Below, one piece after another: positions 1 through 9,380 of a stretch of 49,131 bases of DNA. The DNA lies in NCBI GenBank assembly GCA_046260515.1, contig JBHEPB010000307.1, forward strand, positions 1-49,131, given 5' to 3'. A program made the translations under genes and the position numbers. The notes under the pieces were generated by a model that saw nothing but the letters and a program-made list of their open reading frames with translations, searched no databases and was not told the DNA's origin. Each line of letters begins with the position of its first letter. The first letter of the stretch is position 1. Origin of the DNA: Candidatus Binatia bacterium (GTDB lineage: Bacteria > Desulfobacterota > Binatia > UBA1149 > CAITLU01).

Positions 1-172
1 CTTCGGCGCGGCGCCCGTGCTCGTCCCAGACCTGCCGGGCCAGCGACTCGAGCTTGTCGCGGCTGCGCGCCACGACCACCAGGTCGTGTCCGTGGGCCGC
101 GAACACCAGCGCCAGCTCGCGCCCGATCCCCGCCGAAGCCCCCGTCACCAACACCGACCCCTGCCTCGCCAT
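1..172 (-). CDS. SDR family oxidoreductase, N-terminal part (runs off window start)
   Basis: Manual translation from ATG at 172: MARQGSVLVTGASAGIGRELALVFAAHGHDLVVVARSRDKLE, with the TGxxxGIG Rossmann motif. Not in the ORF track. Confidence 0.85.
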   Translation of the reverse strand, partial: MARQGSVLVTGASAGIGRELALVFAAHGHDLVVVARSRDKLESLARQVWDEHGRRAE

Positions 173-187
173 CCCCCCACCCTAAGA

Positions 188-324
188 GAAACCCGGGACA
201 GGTACAGGTTTCTCCGTGCGCAAAATGGGGAGAGCTACATTCTTCTGAAAAATGTCCCTGTCCCCATTTCCGAAACCCGGGACAGGTACAGGTTTCTCCG
301 AAACCTGTACCTGTCCCGGGTTTT
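188..324. repeat. Compound REP/REPIN-like palindromic element (lone type A arm + type C hairpin + full type A hairpin)
   Basis: gaaacccgggacaggtacaggtttctccg at 188-216 and 272-300, inverted arm at 300-324. Intervening imperfect hairpin aaatggggagagctacatt (223-241) / aatgtccctgtccccattt (251-269). Confidence 0.9.
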
Positions 325-409
325 GGGCGGGGCGGGTCGCCATAGCCTTTTTCCTCGTGTAACCGGGGGGCCTCGCGGCCCGTGGCGGGCTCGCACGAGG
401 AGTACACGG

Positions 410-1267
410 ATGAAGTTCGGAATTGCGTTCGCCAACGCCGGCCCTTTCGCCGACCCGGAGATGTTCGCGCACCTGGTCACCACCGCGGAGAGCGTCGGCA
501 TCGAGTCGATCTGGACCGTCGAGCACGTCCTGGTGCCCTGCGGCTACGAGTCCACCTACCCCTACTCCCCCGAGGGCAAAATGCCCGGGCCCGAGGACTC
601 GCCCATCCCCGACCCCTTCGTGGCCCTGTCCTTCGCGGCCGCGCTGACCAGGAAGATCCGCCTCGCCACCGGCGTCCTCATCCTGCCCCAGCGCCACCCG
701 GCCTACGTGGCCAAGGAAGTCGCCTCGCTCGACGTGATCTCCGGCGGCCGCGTCATCCTCGGCATCGGCGTCGGCTGGCTCAAGGAAGAGTTCGACGCCC
801 TTGGCGTTCCCTTCGCGGACCGCGGATCGCGCACACGCGAGTCCGTCGAAGCCATGCGCAGCCTGTGGTCGCCCGGCCCCTCCACCTACCAGGGCAAGTG
901 CTTCTCCTGGAACAAGGTCGAGTCGAACCCCAAACCCGTGCAGGGCGCCAATGTGCCTATCGTCGTCGGCGGCCACGCCGATCTCGCCGCGCGGCGCGCC
1001 GCTCGCTACGGCAACGGCTTCTTCCCCGGCCGCGGCAGCGCGGCGCGCATGAAGGAACTGATCGGCATCCTCCACGAGGAGTGCTCCAAGGTGGGCCGCA
1101 AGCCGGCGGAGATCGAACTGACCGGCGGCATGATGATGCCCGACAAGGACTACGTTTCGCGCTACGAGGAGATGGGCTTCGAGCGCCTCGTCATCGCGCC
1201 GCCCGGCTACGACCGCGACGGCATTTCGCGAGGCTTCGAAGCCTTCGCCGAGGCCTTCCTGAAATGA
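410..1267 (+). CDS. LLM class (probably F420-dependent) oxidoreductase
   Basis: MKFGIAFAN...SIWTVEHVLVP...DPFVALSFAAALTRKIRLATGVLILPQRHP...GRVILGIGVGWLKEEF. GAGGAG RBS before ATG 410. Confidence 0.9.
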   Translation: MKFGIAFANAGPFADPEMFAHLVTTAESVGIESIWTVEHVLVPCGYESTYPYSPEGKMPGPEDSPIPDPFVALSFAAALTRKIRLATGVLILPQRHPAYVAKEVASLDVISGGRVILGIGVGWLKEEFDALGVPFADRGSRTRESVEAMRSLWSPGPSTYQGKCFSWNKVESNPKPVQGANVPIVVGGHADLAARRAARYGNGFFPGRGSAARMKELIGILHEECSKVGRKPAEIELTGGMMMPDKDYVSRYEEMGFERLVIAPPGYDRDGISRGFEAFAEAFLK

Positions 1268-2724
1268 TCGACATCGCCACCGCATCGGCCGTTGAACTCG
1301 CGGCCGCCATCCGTCGCCGCGAGATCGGCTGCCTCGAACTGCTCGACGCCTACGCCGCGCGCATCGCCAGGCACGACAAGGCCCTCAACTCCGTCGTCAC
1401 CCTCGACCTCGATCGCGCCCGACAGAGGGCCCGCGAAGCCGACGAGGCCCTCGGCCGTGGCGAGAACTGGGGCCCCCTGCACGGCCTGCCCATCACCGTG
1501 AAGGATTCCTTCGAGACGGCCGGCATCCGAACCACCGCCGGCTTCCCTCCGCTTTCCTCGCACGTGCCCGCTACCGACGCCGTCATCGTCGATCGCACCG
1601 TGAAGGCCGGCGCCATCGTCTTCGGCAAGACCAACCTTCCGGTGCTCGCCGCCGACCTGCAGAGCTACAACCCCATCTTCGGCGTCACCAACAATCCCTG
1701 GGACACCTCGCGTACCCCGGGCGGCTCCTCCGGCGGCAGCGCCGTGTCCACGGCCTGCGGCTTCACGTCCTTCGAGATCGGCAGTGACATCGGCGGTTCC
1801 ATCCGCACGCCCGCGGGCTGGTGCGGCGTGTACGGCCACAAGCCCACGCACGGCATCATCCCGGGGCGCGGCCACATCCCGGGGCCTCCGGGGATGATCT
1901 CGGAAGCCGACCTCGCGGTGGTGGGACCGATGGCGCGCAGCGCCGCCGACCTCGAACTGCTGCTTGGTCTCCAGGTGGGACCGTCGCCCGACCGCGGCCG
2001 TGCCTGGCGGCTCGATCTCCCGGCGCCGCGCCGCGAGAAACTTTCCGACTACCGCGTGGCCGCCTGGCTCGACGACGAGAACTTCCCGGTGGACGGCGCC
2101 GTGCGCTCGGTGCTGTCGGGCGCCGTGCAGGCCCTGCGCTCGGCGGGCGCCTCGGTGGACGAGGGCGCGCGGCCGGCCCTTCGCCTGGCCGACGTCTACG
2201 ATACCTACTTCCAGCTTCTCGCTCCCGTCATCGTCGCCGGCTTCCCTCCCGAAGAGGTGGACGCCATGACCCAGCTCGCCCAGTCCATGCCCGCCGACGC
2301 TCGCGACGGGCTGACGCTCATGGCCCGCTACGGCACCGCCGCCCACCGCGCCTGGCTGGCCGCCAGTGAGGAGCGCGAGCGTATCCGCGCGGCCTTCGCC
2401 GATTTCTTCACGCGCTACGACGTGCTGCTCACGGCCATCACGCCGGTGGCGGCCATCGCCCACGACCACAGCGAGCCGATGCCGCTGCGATCCATCGAGG
2501 TGAACGGCGCTCCGCGCCCCTACCTCGACCTGCTCGCGTGGATCTCGCCGGCCACCTGCGCCTACCTGCCGGCCACGTCGGCGCCGGTGGGCCGCACGGC
2601 CGGCGGCCTGCCCGTGGGCGTGCAGATCGTCGGCCCCTACCTGGAGGACCGCACGACCATCGATTTCGCGGCCAGGCTGGCCGAGGTGACGGGCGGGTTC
2701 GAAGCCCCGCCGCTGAAAGGCTGA
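1264..2724 (+). CDS. Amidase (amidase signature family)
   Basis: GPLHGLPITVKD, GKTNLP, PGGSSGGS, GSDIGGSIRTPA. ATGA overlap with the upstream stop. Confidence 0.93.
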   Translation: MIDIATASAVELAAAIRRREIGCLELLDAYAARIARHDKALNSVVTLDLDRARQRAREADEALGRGENWGPLHGLPITVKDSFETAGIRTTAGFPPLSSHVPATDAVIVDRTVKAGAIVFGKTNLPVLAADLQSYNPIFGVTNNPWDTSRTPGGSSGGSAVSTACGFTSFEIGSDIGGSIRTPAGWCGVYGHKPTHGIIPGRGHIPGPPGMISEADLAVVGPMARSAADLELLLGLQVGPSPDRGRAWRLDLPAPRREKLSDYRVAAWLDDENFPVDGAVRSVLSGAVQALRSAGASVDEGARPALRLADVYDTYFQLLAPVIVAGFPPEEVDAMTQLAQSMPADARDGLTLMARYGTAAHRAWLAASEERERIRAAFADFFTRYDVLLTAITPVAAIAHDHSEPMPLRSIEVNGAPRPYLDLLAWISPATCAYLPATSAPVGRTAGGLPVGVQIVGPYLEDRTTIDFAARLAEVTGGFEAPPLKG

Positions 2725-2803
2725 CGCGCGCGCCGCGAAACGGCGCTGGAGGCCGGCGCGTCAGCGAAACGGCGCCGTCTTCCAGCGTCGCAAGGGAGGA
2801 ACC

Positions 2804-4489
2804 GTGAGCAACACGCAACTGTACCGGGGCGGCCGCGTGAGGAGCATGGCCGGGCCCGCCGCCACCGCCCTCGTCGTTCGCGACGGCCGCGTCGTGGCAA
2901 CCGGCAACGACGACGACATGAAGACTGCAGCCGGCGCCGGCGCCGAGGTGATCGATCTCGACGGCGCCGCCGTGCTCCCGGGTTTCGTGGACACCCATCC
3001 CCACCTCTTCCACTTCAGCGTCCTCGAGTATCCCCTGGTCAAACTCTGGGACGCGGCCGACCACGACGACATCGTCGGCCGTATCCGCGAGCGCGCCGCG
3101 ACCACCGAGGCCGGAAGCTGGATCATGGCCACGCCGGTGGGCGAGCCCCACTACTTCATCCGCCGTTCGTACCGGGACCTGGCCGAACACGTGCTGCCCG
3201 ACCGCCACGTCCTCGACCGCGCCGCCCCCGACCATCCCGTGTGGATCCAGGCCTGGGGACCCACCACGCCCAACGTCTGCGTGTTCAATTCGATGGCGCT
3301 GCGCGAACTCGGCATCGACCGCGCCACCCCCACACGCCAGTGCAACGTCTGGATCGAGAAGGACGCCGACGGCGATCCCACCGGACGCCTGAGCGGTCCC
3401 GTCAACACCTACTACACGGGCGATTCGTGGATGGACGAGCTGCTGTCGCGGCTGCCCCTGCTCGATCCGAGCATCGCGGTGGCCGCCACGCTGGACGGCA
3501 TCGCCCGCTACCACCGGATGGGCGTCACGACCATCTACGAGGGCCACGTGATGGGCGCGGCCGAGATCGGCCTCTTCCAGGCTCTTCGGCAGATGGAGCA
3601 GCTGCGCATGCGCGTGCTGACGTCGCTGGAGGCCGAGCAGTACTCGATGCCGTGGCAGAAGCCGGCCACCGAGGAAGAGTTCCTCGCCACGCTGGCCCAG
3701 GCGCGCGAAATGACGTCGCTCCATGACGATCTGCTGCGCCACAACGGCGTCACGTTGTCGCGGGGCGGGCCGCTCAATCCCGGCTTCCTGCGCATGCGAG
3801 ATCCCTACATCGGCCCCTATGGCGAGCTGACGCGGGGCCGCGAGTTCGTGGCGCCCGAGCGCGAGACCATCGCGCTCGACTACTGCGCGACCCACAACCT
3901 GCGCCTCAACTTCATCGGCGCCGGCTACGCCGACCACGACGAGTTCCTGGCTCGCGCCGAGAAGCTGGCGGCGCGGGTGCCGGTGAAGCACCGGCGCTGG
4001 ATCCTCCAGCACAACTACCTGTGCACGCAGGACCACGCGCGGCGCTACGCCGAGCTCGGCTTCGTGGTGACCACCAGCATGTCGTTCAGCTGCGCCAAGG
4101 GTGACCTCTTCGAGAAGCGCATCGGCGCCCACGTGTGGGAAGACCTGATTCCGCTGAAACGCCTGCTGGAGGCGGGCCTCACCGTGGCCGCCGGCAGCGA
4201 CTGGGGCCCGAAGAACATCTTCGAGCACATCGCGCTGGCGGAGACCCACGAGTTCTGGGGCAGCGGTCGCCGCAACGACGGCCCCGCCCAGAAGGTTTCG
4301 CGTGAGGAAGCCGTGCGCATGTGGACCTGCGACGCCGCGGCTGCCCTCGGCTGGAAAGGCATCGGCTCCCTCGCCCCCGGCCACCACGCCGACTTCATCG
4401 TCCTCGACCGCGACATCCTCACCTGTCCCACCGAAGACCTCCCCGCCACGAAAGTCCTCCGCACCCACCTCGCCGGCGCCGCCGTGTGA
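2804..4489 (+). CDS. Metal-dependent amidohydrolase (amidohydrolase 3 / YtcJ-like)
   Basis: IDLDGAAVLPGFVDTHPH (HxH), AAGSDWGP, GSLAPGHHADFIVLDRD. GGAGG RBS before GTG. Confidence 0.9.
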   Translation: MSNTQLYRGGRVRSMAGPAATALVVRDGRVVATGNDDDMKTAAGAGAEVIDLDGAAVLPGFVDTHPHLFHFSVLEYPLVKLWDAADHDDIVGRIRERAATTEAGSWIMATPVGEPHYFIRRSYRDLAEHVLPDRHVLDRAAPDHPVWIQAWGPTTPNVCVFNSMALRELGIDRATPTRQCNVWIEKDADGDPTGRLSGPVNTYYTGDSWMDELLSRLPLLDPSIAVAATLDGIARYHRMGVTTIYEGHVMGAAEIGLFQALRQMEQLRMRVLTSLEAEQYSMPWQKPATEEEFLATLAQAREMTSLHDDLLRHNGVTLSRGGPLNPGFLRMRDPYIGPYGELTRGREFVAPERETIALDYCATHNLRLNFIGAGYADHDEFLARAEKLAARVPVKHRRWILQHNYLCTQDHARRYAELGFVVTTSMSFSCAKGDLFEKRIGAHVWEDLIPLKRLLEAGLTVAAGSDWGPKNIFEHIALAETHEFWGSGRRNDGPAQKVSREEAVRMWTCDAAAALGWKGIGSLAPGHHADFIVLDRDILTCPTEDLPATKVLRTHLAGAAV

Positions 4490-4547
4490 AACCCGGGACA
4501 GGTACAGGTTTTCGCGAAGCGAAAACCTGTACCTGTCCCGGGTTTTC
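4488..4547. repeat. REP/REPIN-like palindrome, type A
   Basis: gaaacccgggacaggtacaggttttcgc-gaa-gcgaaaacctgtacctgtcccgggttttc. Fills the whole gap between two convergent genes and overlaps both TGA stops. Confidence 0.93.
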
Positions 4548-5676
4548 ACGCTTCGAGGTGGGCGAGGGTTTCGACGTGGTCGGTTTGGGGGAAGAGGGCG
4601 TAGGGGGTGAGGCGGCGCAGGCGGAAGCGGCCTGCTGCCGTGAGGCGGGCGACGTCGCGCACGAGGGAGTCGGGGTCGCAGCTCACGTAGAGCAGGGTCG
4701 CGGGGTGCGCGCGGCCGAGGGCGCCGATCACCGCGTCGTCGAGGCCTTTGCGCGGGGGATCGACAATGACGACGGAGGCGCCGTCGATCACCTCCGCGCA
4801 GGTCGCCGCATCACCGGGGGCGACGACAGCCGCGGCGCTACGCTGCCTGGGCATCGCCGCGAGCCCCATCGCCAGGCCCCGCAGCCCGGCCGGATTCACC
4901 TCGTTGAAGCGCACCGACGAAGCGCGCCCGAGGAGCCCGAGGCCGAAGGCGCCGACGCCGCAGTAGAGGTCCGCCACGATCGCGCCGTCGGGAACGCGCG
5001 AGTGCACGTCCGCGACGAGTCGGTCGGCAAGATCGAGGTTGCTCTGCCCGAACGCGCCCGGAGGAAAGAAGACCTCCGCGCCGCCGATGCTCTCGCGCAC
5101 CGCCTCCTCGCCCGCGAGCAGGCGCCAGTCCTCGCCGAAGATGGCATTGCCGCGTCCCGTGTTGCCGTTCCACCACAGCCCCTGGAGTTTGTCGCCGAGG
5201 GCCCGGACCAGCTCGGCCGCCATCGGCTGCAGCGACTTCTCGCAGACGTCGTTGGCCACCAGTGCTACCTGCACCCGCCCGCTCGGGCGCTCGACCACCA
5301 CTTGCACGTAGCGCAGCAGCCCGACGTGGGGACGCTCGGCGTAGGGAGGCACGCCGGCGCTGCGCATCGCCGCGCGGATGGCGCGCGCCGCCGCGTTGAT
5401 GCGCGGATGCTGGATGTTGCAGTTGGGGATGTCCGCGATGTTGTGGGAGCCTTCCTGGAAGATGCCGAGCTTGGGCGAGGCGGCCCGTCCCCTCACCGCC
5501 AGTCGGGCGCGGACGCGGTAGCCGAGAGGCGCGCCTTCGACCACGGCGTCCAGAGTCGCTCCGCTGCGGGCGGCCAGTTCTTCCAGAAGGGCGGCGGCCG
5601 ACGCAGCGATGCCCTTCTCGCCGTAGCGGGGACAACCGGGACAGGGCGGGCGATGCGTGCAGGGCGGGATTCTCAT
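4546..5676 (-). CDS. RNA m5U methyltransferase (TrmA/RlmC/RlmD family, no TRAM domain)
   Basis: N-terminal CxxxxxCxxC Fe-S motif, FGQSN, DLYCGVG, VDPPRKGL, YVSCDP, FPQTDHVE. Confidence 0.88.
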   Translation of the reverse strand: MRIPPCTHRPPCPGCPRYGEKGIAASAAALLEELAARSGATLDAVVEGAPLGYRVRARLAVRGRAASPKLGIFQEGSHNIADIPNCNIQHPRINAAARAIRAAMRSAGVPPYAERPHVGLLRYVQVVVERPSGRVQVALVANDVCEKSLQPMAAELVRALGDKLQGLWWNGNTGRGNAIFGEDWRLLAGEEAVRESIGGAEVFFPPGAFGQSNLDLADRLVADVHSRVPDGAIVADLYCGVGAFGLGLLGRASSVRFNEVNPAGLRGLAMGLAAMPRQRSAAAVVAPGDAATCAEVIDGASVVIVDPPRKGLDDAVIGALGRAHPATLLYVSCDPDSLVRDVARLTAAGRFRLRRLTPYALFPQTDHVETLAHLEA

Positions 5677-5817
5677 GGAAGGAGTGAGGGAAGCTCGAGC
5701 AGGAAGGGGCGGGCGGGGCCCGGCATCCCACTTGCCGCGAACGCCGGGAATCGTGGCTATCGTCCGCCGCCGGTCGCGGCTACTTGTATCCCCGGCGTCG
5801 AAGAAGGCGCAATCGCG

Positions 5818-6462
5818 ATGAACACCGACGAAGTCAGGATCCGCTTCCCATCAGGCGACGTTGAACTCGACGGGCGCCTCGCTCTCCCCGAGACCTGCAC
5901 CCGCGCCTGCGTCGTCTGCCACCCCCACCCTCTCTACGGGGGCGACATGAGCAACCCCGTCGTCGTCGCCGTCACCCGCGCCATGGCCGGCGCCGGCATC
6001 GCCACCCTGCGTTTCGACTTCCGCGGCGTCGGCGAAAGCGGCGGCTCCCACGGCGGCGGAGCGCCCGAAGTGGAAGATGCCCGCGCCGCCGTCGATGCGC
6101 TTCGACAGGCGACCAGCCTCACCAACGTCGCCATAGCGGGGTATTCCTTCGGATCGGTGATCGCGCTGAGGCTGGCGGCGGAGAACGCAGCCGCCGCTGC
6201 GAAAGTAGCAGCCGTCGCCGCCATCGCCCCGCCCCTGGTGATGTTCGACGCCGCGGGACTGGCCGCCGGCCTCCGCATCCCCTTGCTCGTGATGGCCGGC
6301 GATCGCGACACCTATTGCCCGCGCCCGGATTTCGAATCGCTCCGCGAGCGTCTGCCCGCTTCGGCCGAAGCCGTCGTGGTGCCCGGCGCCGATCACTTTT
6401 TTTCCGGCCGCGAGGCCGACGTGGCGGCCGCGGTGCTGGGCTGGATCCAGCGCATCACCTGA
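5818..6462 (+). CDS. Alpha/beta-fold hydrolase
   Basis: CHPHPLYGGDMSN, LRFDFRGVGES, nucleophile elbow GYSFG, GDRD, GADHFF. Confidence 0.9.
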   Translation: MNTDEVRIRFPSGDVELDGRLALPETCTRACVVCHPHPLYGGDMSNPVVVAVTRAMAGAGIATLRFDFRGVGESGGSHGGGAPEVEDARAAVDALRQATSLTNVAIAGYSFGSVIALRLAAENAAAAAKVAAVAAIAPPLVMFDAAGLAAGLRIPLLVMAGDRDTYCPRPDFESLRERLPASAEAVVVPGADHFFSGREADVAAAVLGWIQRIT

Positions 6463-6490
6463 AGCCGCCCTGTCCGAGAGGAGGACGACC

Positions 6491-6853
6491 ATGAAGCTCC
6501 CCGTCGTCGCCAACATCCTGCGCCCCTTCGACGTTCGTCCGGCCGAGGAGGTCTTCGAGAAGATCGCCGCCGGCCCCGACTTCCTCTTCGAGCGCATCGT
6601 GTCGTTCGGGCATTCCACGCCGCCGGAAGTCTGGCTCGACCAGCCGCGCGACGAATGGGTGGTGCTGGTGAGCGGCGCCGCCCGCTTGCGCTTCGAGTCG
6701 AGCGATGCCGCCGTGGACTTCGGCCCCGGCGACGCCGCGATGATCCCCGCCCACTGCCGGCACCGCGTCGAGTGGACGTCGCCGGACGACGAAACGGTGT
6801 GGCTGGCCCTGCACTACCGGACTGGCGACGCGGCAGATAAACCCAGTAACTAG
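6491..6853 (+). CDS. Cupin domain protein
   Basis: ERIVSFGHSTP...WLDQPRDEWVVLVSGAARL...IPAHCRHRVEWT. GAGGAGG RBS. Confidence 0.88.
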   Translation: MKLPVVANILRPFDVRPAEEVFEKIAAGPDFLFERIVSFGHSTPPEVWLDQPRDEWVVLVSGAARLRFESSDAAVDFGPGDAAMIPAHCRHRVEWTSPDDETVWLALHYRTGDAADKPSN

Positions 6854-6945
6854 AAGGGGCCTGCGCGCAGGCGACGGGACGTTACGCTTCGCCCGTCAGG
6901 GCACCGGAGGCGTCGCGCCGACGACGGGACGACGCGCCCCGCGCG

Positions 6946-7581
6946 TCAGGCCACGCGCGCGGCGATGGCGAGGAAGTGGCAGGTGCTGCCGGCCAGCACG
7001 AACAGGTGCCAGACCGAGTGCGCGTAGGGGCGGCTCGACAGGAAGACGAAGCTGCCCAGCGTGTAGGACAGGCCGCCGGCCACCACCCAGACAACAGTGT
7101 CCGGCGGAAGGGACTGCATCAGCGAGGGCCCCGCGAACACCGCGACCCATCCCATGGCGAGGTAGCTGGTGATGGAAACCGCGCCCATGCGCCCCGTGAA
7201 GAAGTACTTGAAGACCATGCCGACCGCCGCCATCGTCCACACCACCGCGAACAGGGTCCAGCCGAGCACGCCGCCCACGCCGAGCAGCAGCAGCGGCGTG
7301 TAGGTGCCGGCGATCAGCAGGTAGATGGCGCAGTGGTCGAAGACCTGGAGGCGGCTCTTGGTCTCCGGATGCACGACGGCGTGGTAGAGCGTCGAGGACA
7401 GGTACACCAGGATCAGTGTCACCGAGTAGACAACCACGCTCGGCACTTCGAGGGGGTTGCGGCTGCCGAGGGACATGCCCACCAGCAGGATGGCGCCGAT
7501 GATGCTGGCCAGCAGGCCCGCACCGTGAGTGATGGTGTTGACGATTTCTTCGCGACGATGACGGTGAGGCAAACTTCCCAC
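6946..7581 (-). CDS. Hemolysin III / PAQR family membrane protein
   Basis: EEIVNTITHG, SSTLYH, DHCAIYLLIAGTYTP, HSVWHLFVLAG. GTG start at 7581 chosen from the GGGAG RBS and family length. Confidence 0.9.
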   Translation of the reverse strand: MGSLPHRHRREEIVNTITHGAGLLASIIGAILLVGMSLGSRNPLEVPSVVVYSVTLILVYLSSTLYHAVVHPETKSRLQVFDHCAIYLLIAGTYTPLLLLGVGGVLGWTLFAVVWTMAAVGMVFKYFFTGRMGAVSITSYLAMGWVAVFAGPSLMQSLPPDTVVWVVAGGLSYTLGSFVFLSSRPYAHSVWHLFVLAGSTCHFLAIAARVA

Positions 7582-7816
7582 GGACGGCTCCCGGATGCTG
7601 GACGACTGTTCCCCCGCTGCGCTCTGGCTGATCCGGTCCCCGGTCGGCAGGCCGCAACAAAGTCCGCAATCTATCCCGGTTCTTCGCGAGGCGTCCATGA
7701 GGTTTCCACGAAAAGTCGGTGAGGCGGATTCGATTCCTACCATCGGTGGGATATTCCCCGCCGATGCGGCAACGCGTTGCGCCATGGATTTGCGGCTCGC
7801 GAAGCGGCGACCAACC

Positions 7817-8953
7817 GTGAGCACCACCACCCGCGTGGTGCTGGTCGGGGCCGGCCACGCCCACGTCCAGGTGTTGCGGAGTTGGGCTGACAGTCCGCCC
7901 GCCGGCGTAGAGCTCACCCTCGTCGAGGACAGGAGCGAGGCCACGTACTCCGGGATGGTGCCGGGCTTCGTGGCCGGCGAGTACAGCCTGGCCGAGGCCC
8001 AGATCGCGGTGGCGCCGCTGGCCCGCCGCTGCGGCGCTACTCTCGTCGGGCGCCGCGCCGCCGGCATCGACCCCGTTCGCCGGATCGTTGAGGTAGAGGG
8101 CGCAAGTCCCCTGCCCTACGACCTTGCCAGCCTCGACCTCGGCGCCACAGTGCGCGGTCTCGACCTTCCCGGCGTGCGCGAGCATGCGCTGGCCACCCGC
8201 CCCATCGGCGACTTCGTGGCCGCGCTCGATGATCGCGTTTCCGAAATCGTCCGCGCCGGACGATCGGGCGAGATCCGGGTCGCGGTGGTCGGCGCCGGCG
8301 CCGCCGGCGTGGAACTGGCCTTCACGCTGAGGGCAAGGCTCGCCGCGGCCGGCGCGCCTCCGAACGTGTTCCTGGTCTGCGGCTCGGCCGGCTTCCTGCC
8401 CGGATTCGGCCCGGCCGTGCGCCGCCTGGCCGCCCGCGAGGCCGAGGCCGCCGGCATCCAGGTGGCGGCCACCTCGGATGCGGTCTTCGTAGACGGAGAT
8501 GGAGTGGGCTTCGCGACGGGCCACCTGGCGGCCGACCTGGTGGTGTGGGCCACCGGCGCCGCGCCGGGCGAGATGGCGGCGGCCTCGGCGCTGCCCCGCG
8601 ACGCCAAGGGTTTCGTGAGGGTCGGCCCCACGCTGGAGGTGCGGGGGTGCCCAGGCCTCTTCGCCGCCGGCGATTGCGCGGGCATCGAAGGCGCCGCCTG
8701 GGTTCCCAAGTCCGGGGTCTACGCGGTGAGGGCCGGACCCGTGCTGGACGCGAACCTTCGCGCAAGTCTGCGCGGCGAAGCGCTCGAGGCGTTCGTGCCG
8801 CAGCGCAACGCGCTTGCCCTGCTCAACCTCGGAGGAGGGCGAGCGCTGGCCACCAAGTGGGGACTCGCTTTCTCCGGGCGCCTGGCCCGGCGCTGGAAAG
8901 ACAGGGTGGACCGGGCCTTCGTGGAAGGCTTCCGGGACCACGGCGCGCGCTGA
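7817..8953 (+). CDS. FAD-dependent pyridine nucleotide-disulfide oxidoreductase (type often fused N-terminal to SelD)
   Basis: VVLVGAGHAHVQVL, YSGMVPG, VVGAGAAGVELA, LFAAGDCA, PKSGVYAVRAGPVL, WKDRVDRAFV. Confidence 0.85.
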   Translation: MSTTTRVVLVGAGHAHVQVLRSWADSPPAGVELTLVEDRSEATYSGMVPGFVAGEYSLAEAQIAVAPLARRCGATLVGRRAAGIDPVRRIVEVEGASPLPYDLASLDLGATVRGLDLPGVREHALATRPIGDFVAALDDRVSEIVRAGRSGEIRVAVVGAGAAGVELAFTLRARLAAAGAPPNVFLVCGSAGFLPGFGPAVRRLAAREAEAAGIQVAATSDAVFVDGDGVGFATGHLAADLVVWATGAAPGEMAAASALPRDAKGFVRVGPTLEVRGCPGLFAAGDCAGIEGAAWVPKSGVYAVRAGPVLDANLRASLRGEALEAFVPQRNALALLNLGGGRALATKWGLAFSGRLARRWKDRVDRAFVEGFRDHGAR

Positions 8954-8970
8954 CGCCGGAGCGGTCGGGC

Positions 8971-9168
8971 CTATCGGCCGGTGGCCGCGTCCTCGATGGC
9001 TTCGCCCGTCTTGCTCACGCCCTTGCCGACCGCTTCGGCTCCCTTGTCCATGGTCTTGCCGACGCGCTCGGCCGGGCCTTCGCCCTGGCGAGGGCAGCCC
9101 GCGAGCGCAATGGCGCAGGCCAGGCCGATGGTGATGAGTCCGAAGCTGGAGAGGTGGTTGGTGCGCAT
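8971..9168 (-). CDS. Small lipoprotein
   Basis: Signal peptide with lipobox LAGC, then EGPAERVGKTMDKGAEAVG. GGAGG upstream. Confidence 0.75.
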   Translation of the reverse strand: MRTNHLSSFGLITIGLACAIALAGCPRQGEGPAERVGKTMDKGAEAVGKGVSKTGEAIEDAATGR

Positions 9169-9380
9169 GGGAAAACGGGCCTCCGTGGTCGGTTTCACGT
9201 CCGATTAGCAGATCGTGGGTGCCTGTCCAGTCCCGATCGGGGTTTCCCCGCGGATGGGAACGCGGCGGATTGCGGGCCTGCCTCGTGCCGTGGTGGTTTC
9301 TACCGTCGCCTTCCGTGCGCCGCCTCGCCCCTGCTTTCCGCCGCCTTGCCGATGACGCGGCCGTCGCCTATCCAGAGCCG

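Noticed and set aside
188-324. CRISPR array (29-nt direct repeat with a 55-nt spacer)
   Set aside because: There are only two direct copies, the spacer is itself a related hairpin, the other copies are dispersed inverted pairs, and no cas genes are present.
17-409. N-terminal ORF extensions containing TRDRYRF / NLYLSRV / KPVPVPGF peptides
   Set aside because: These are translations of the palindromic repeat, which recur in several spurious ORFs. True starts have RBSs or family motifs downstream.
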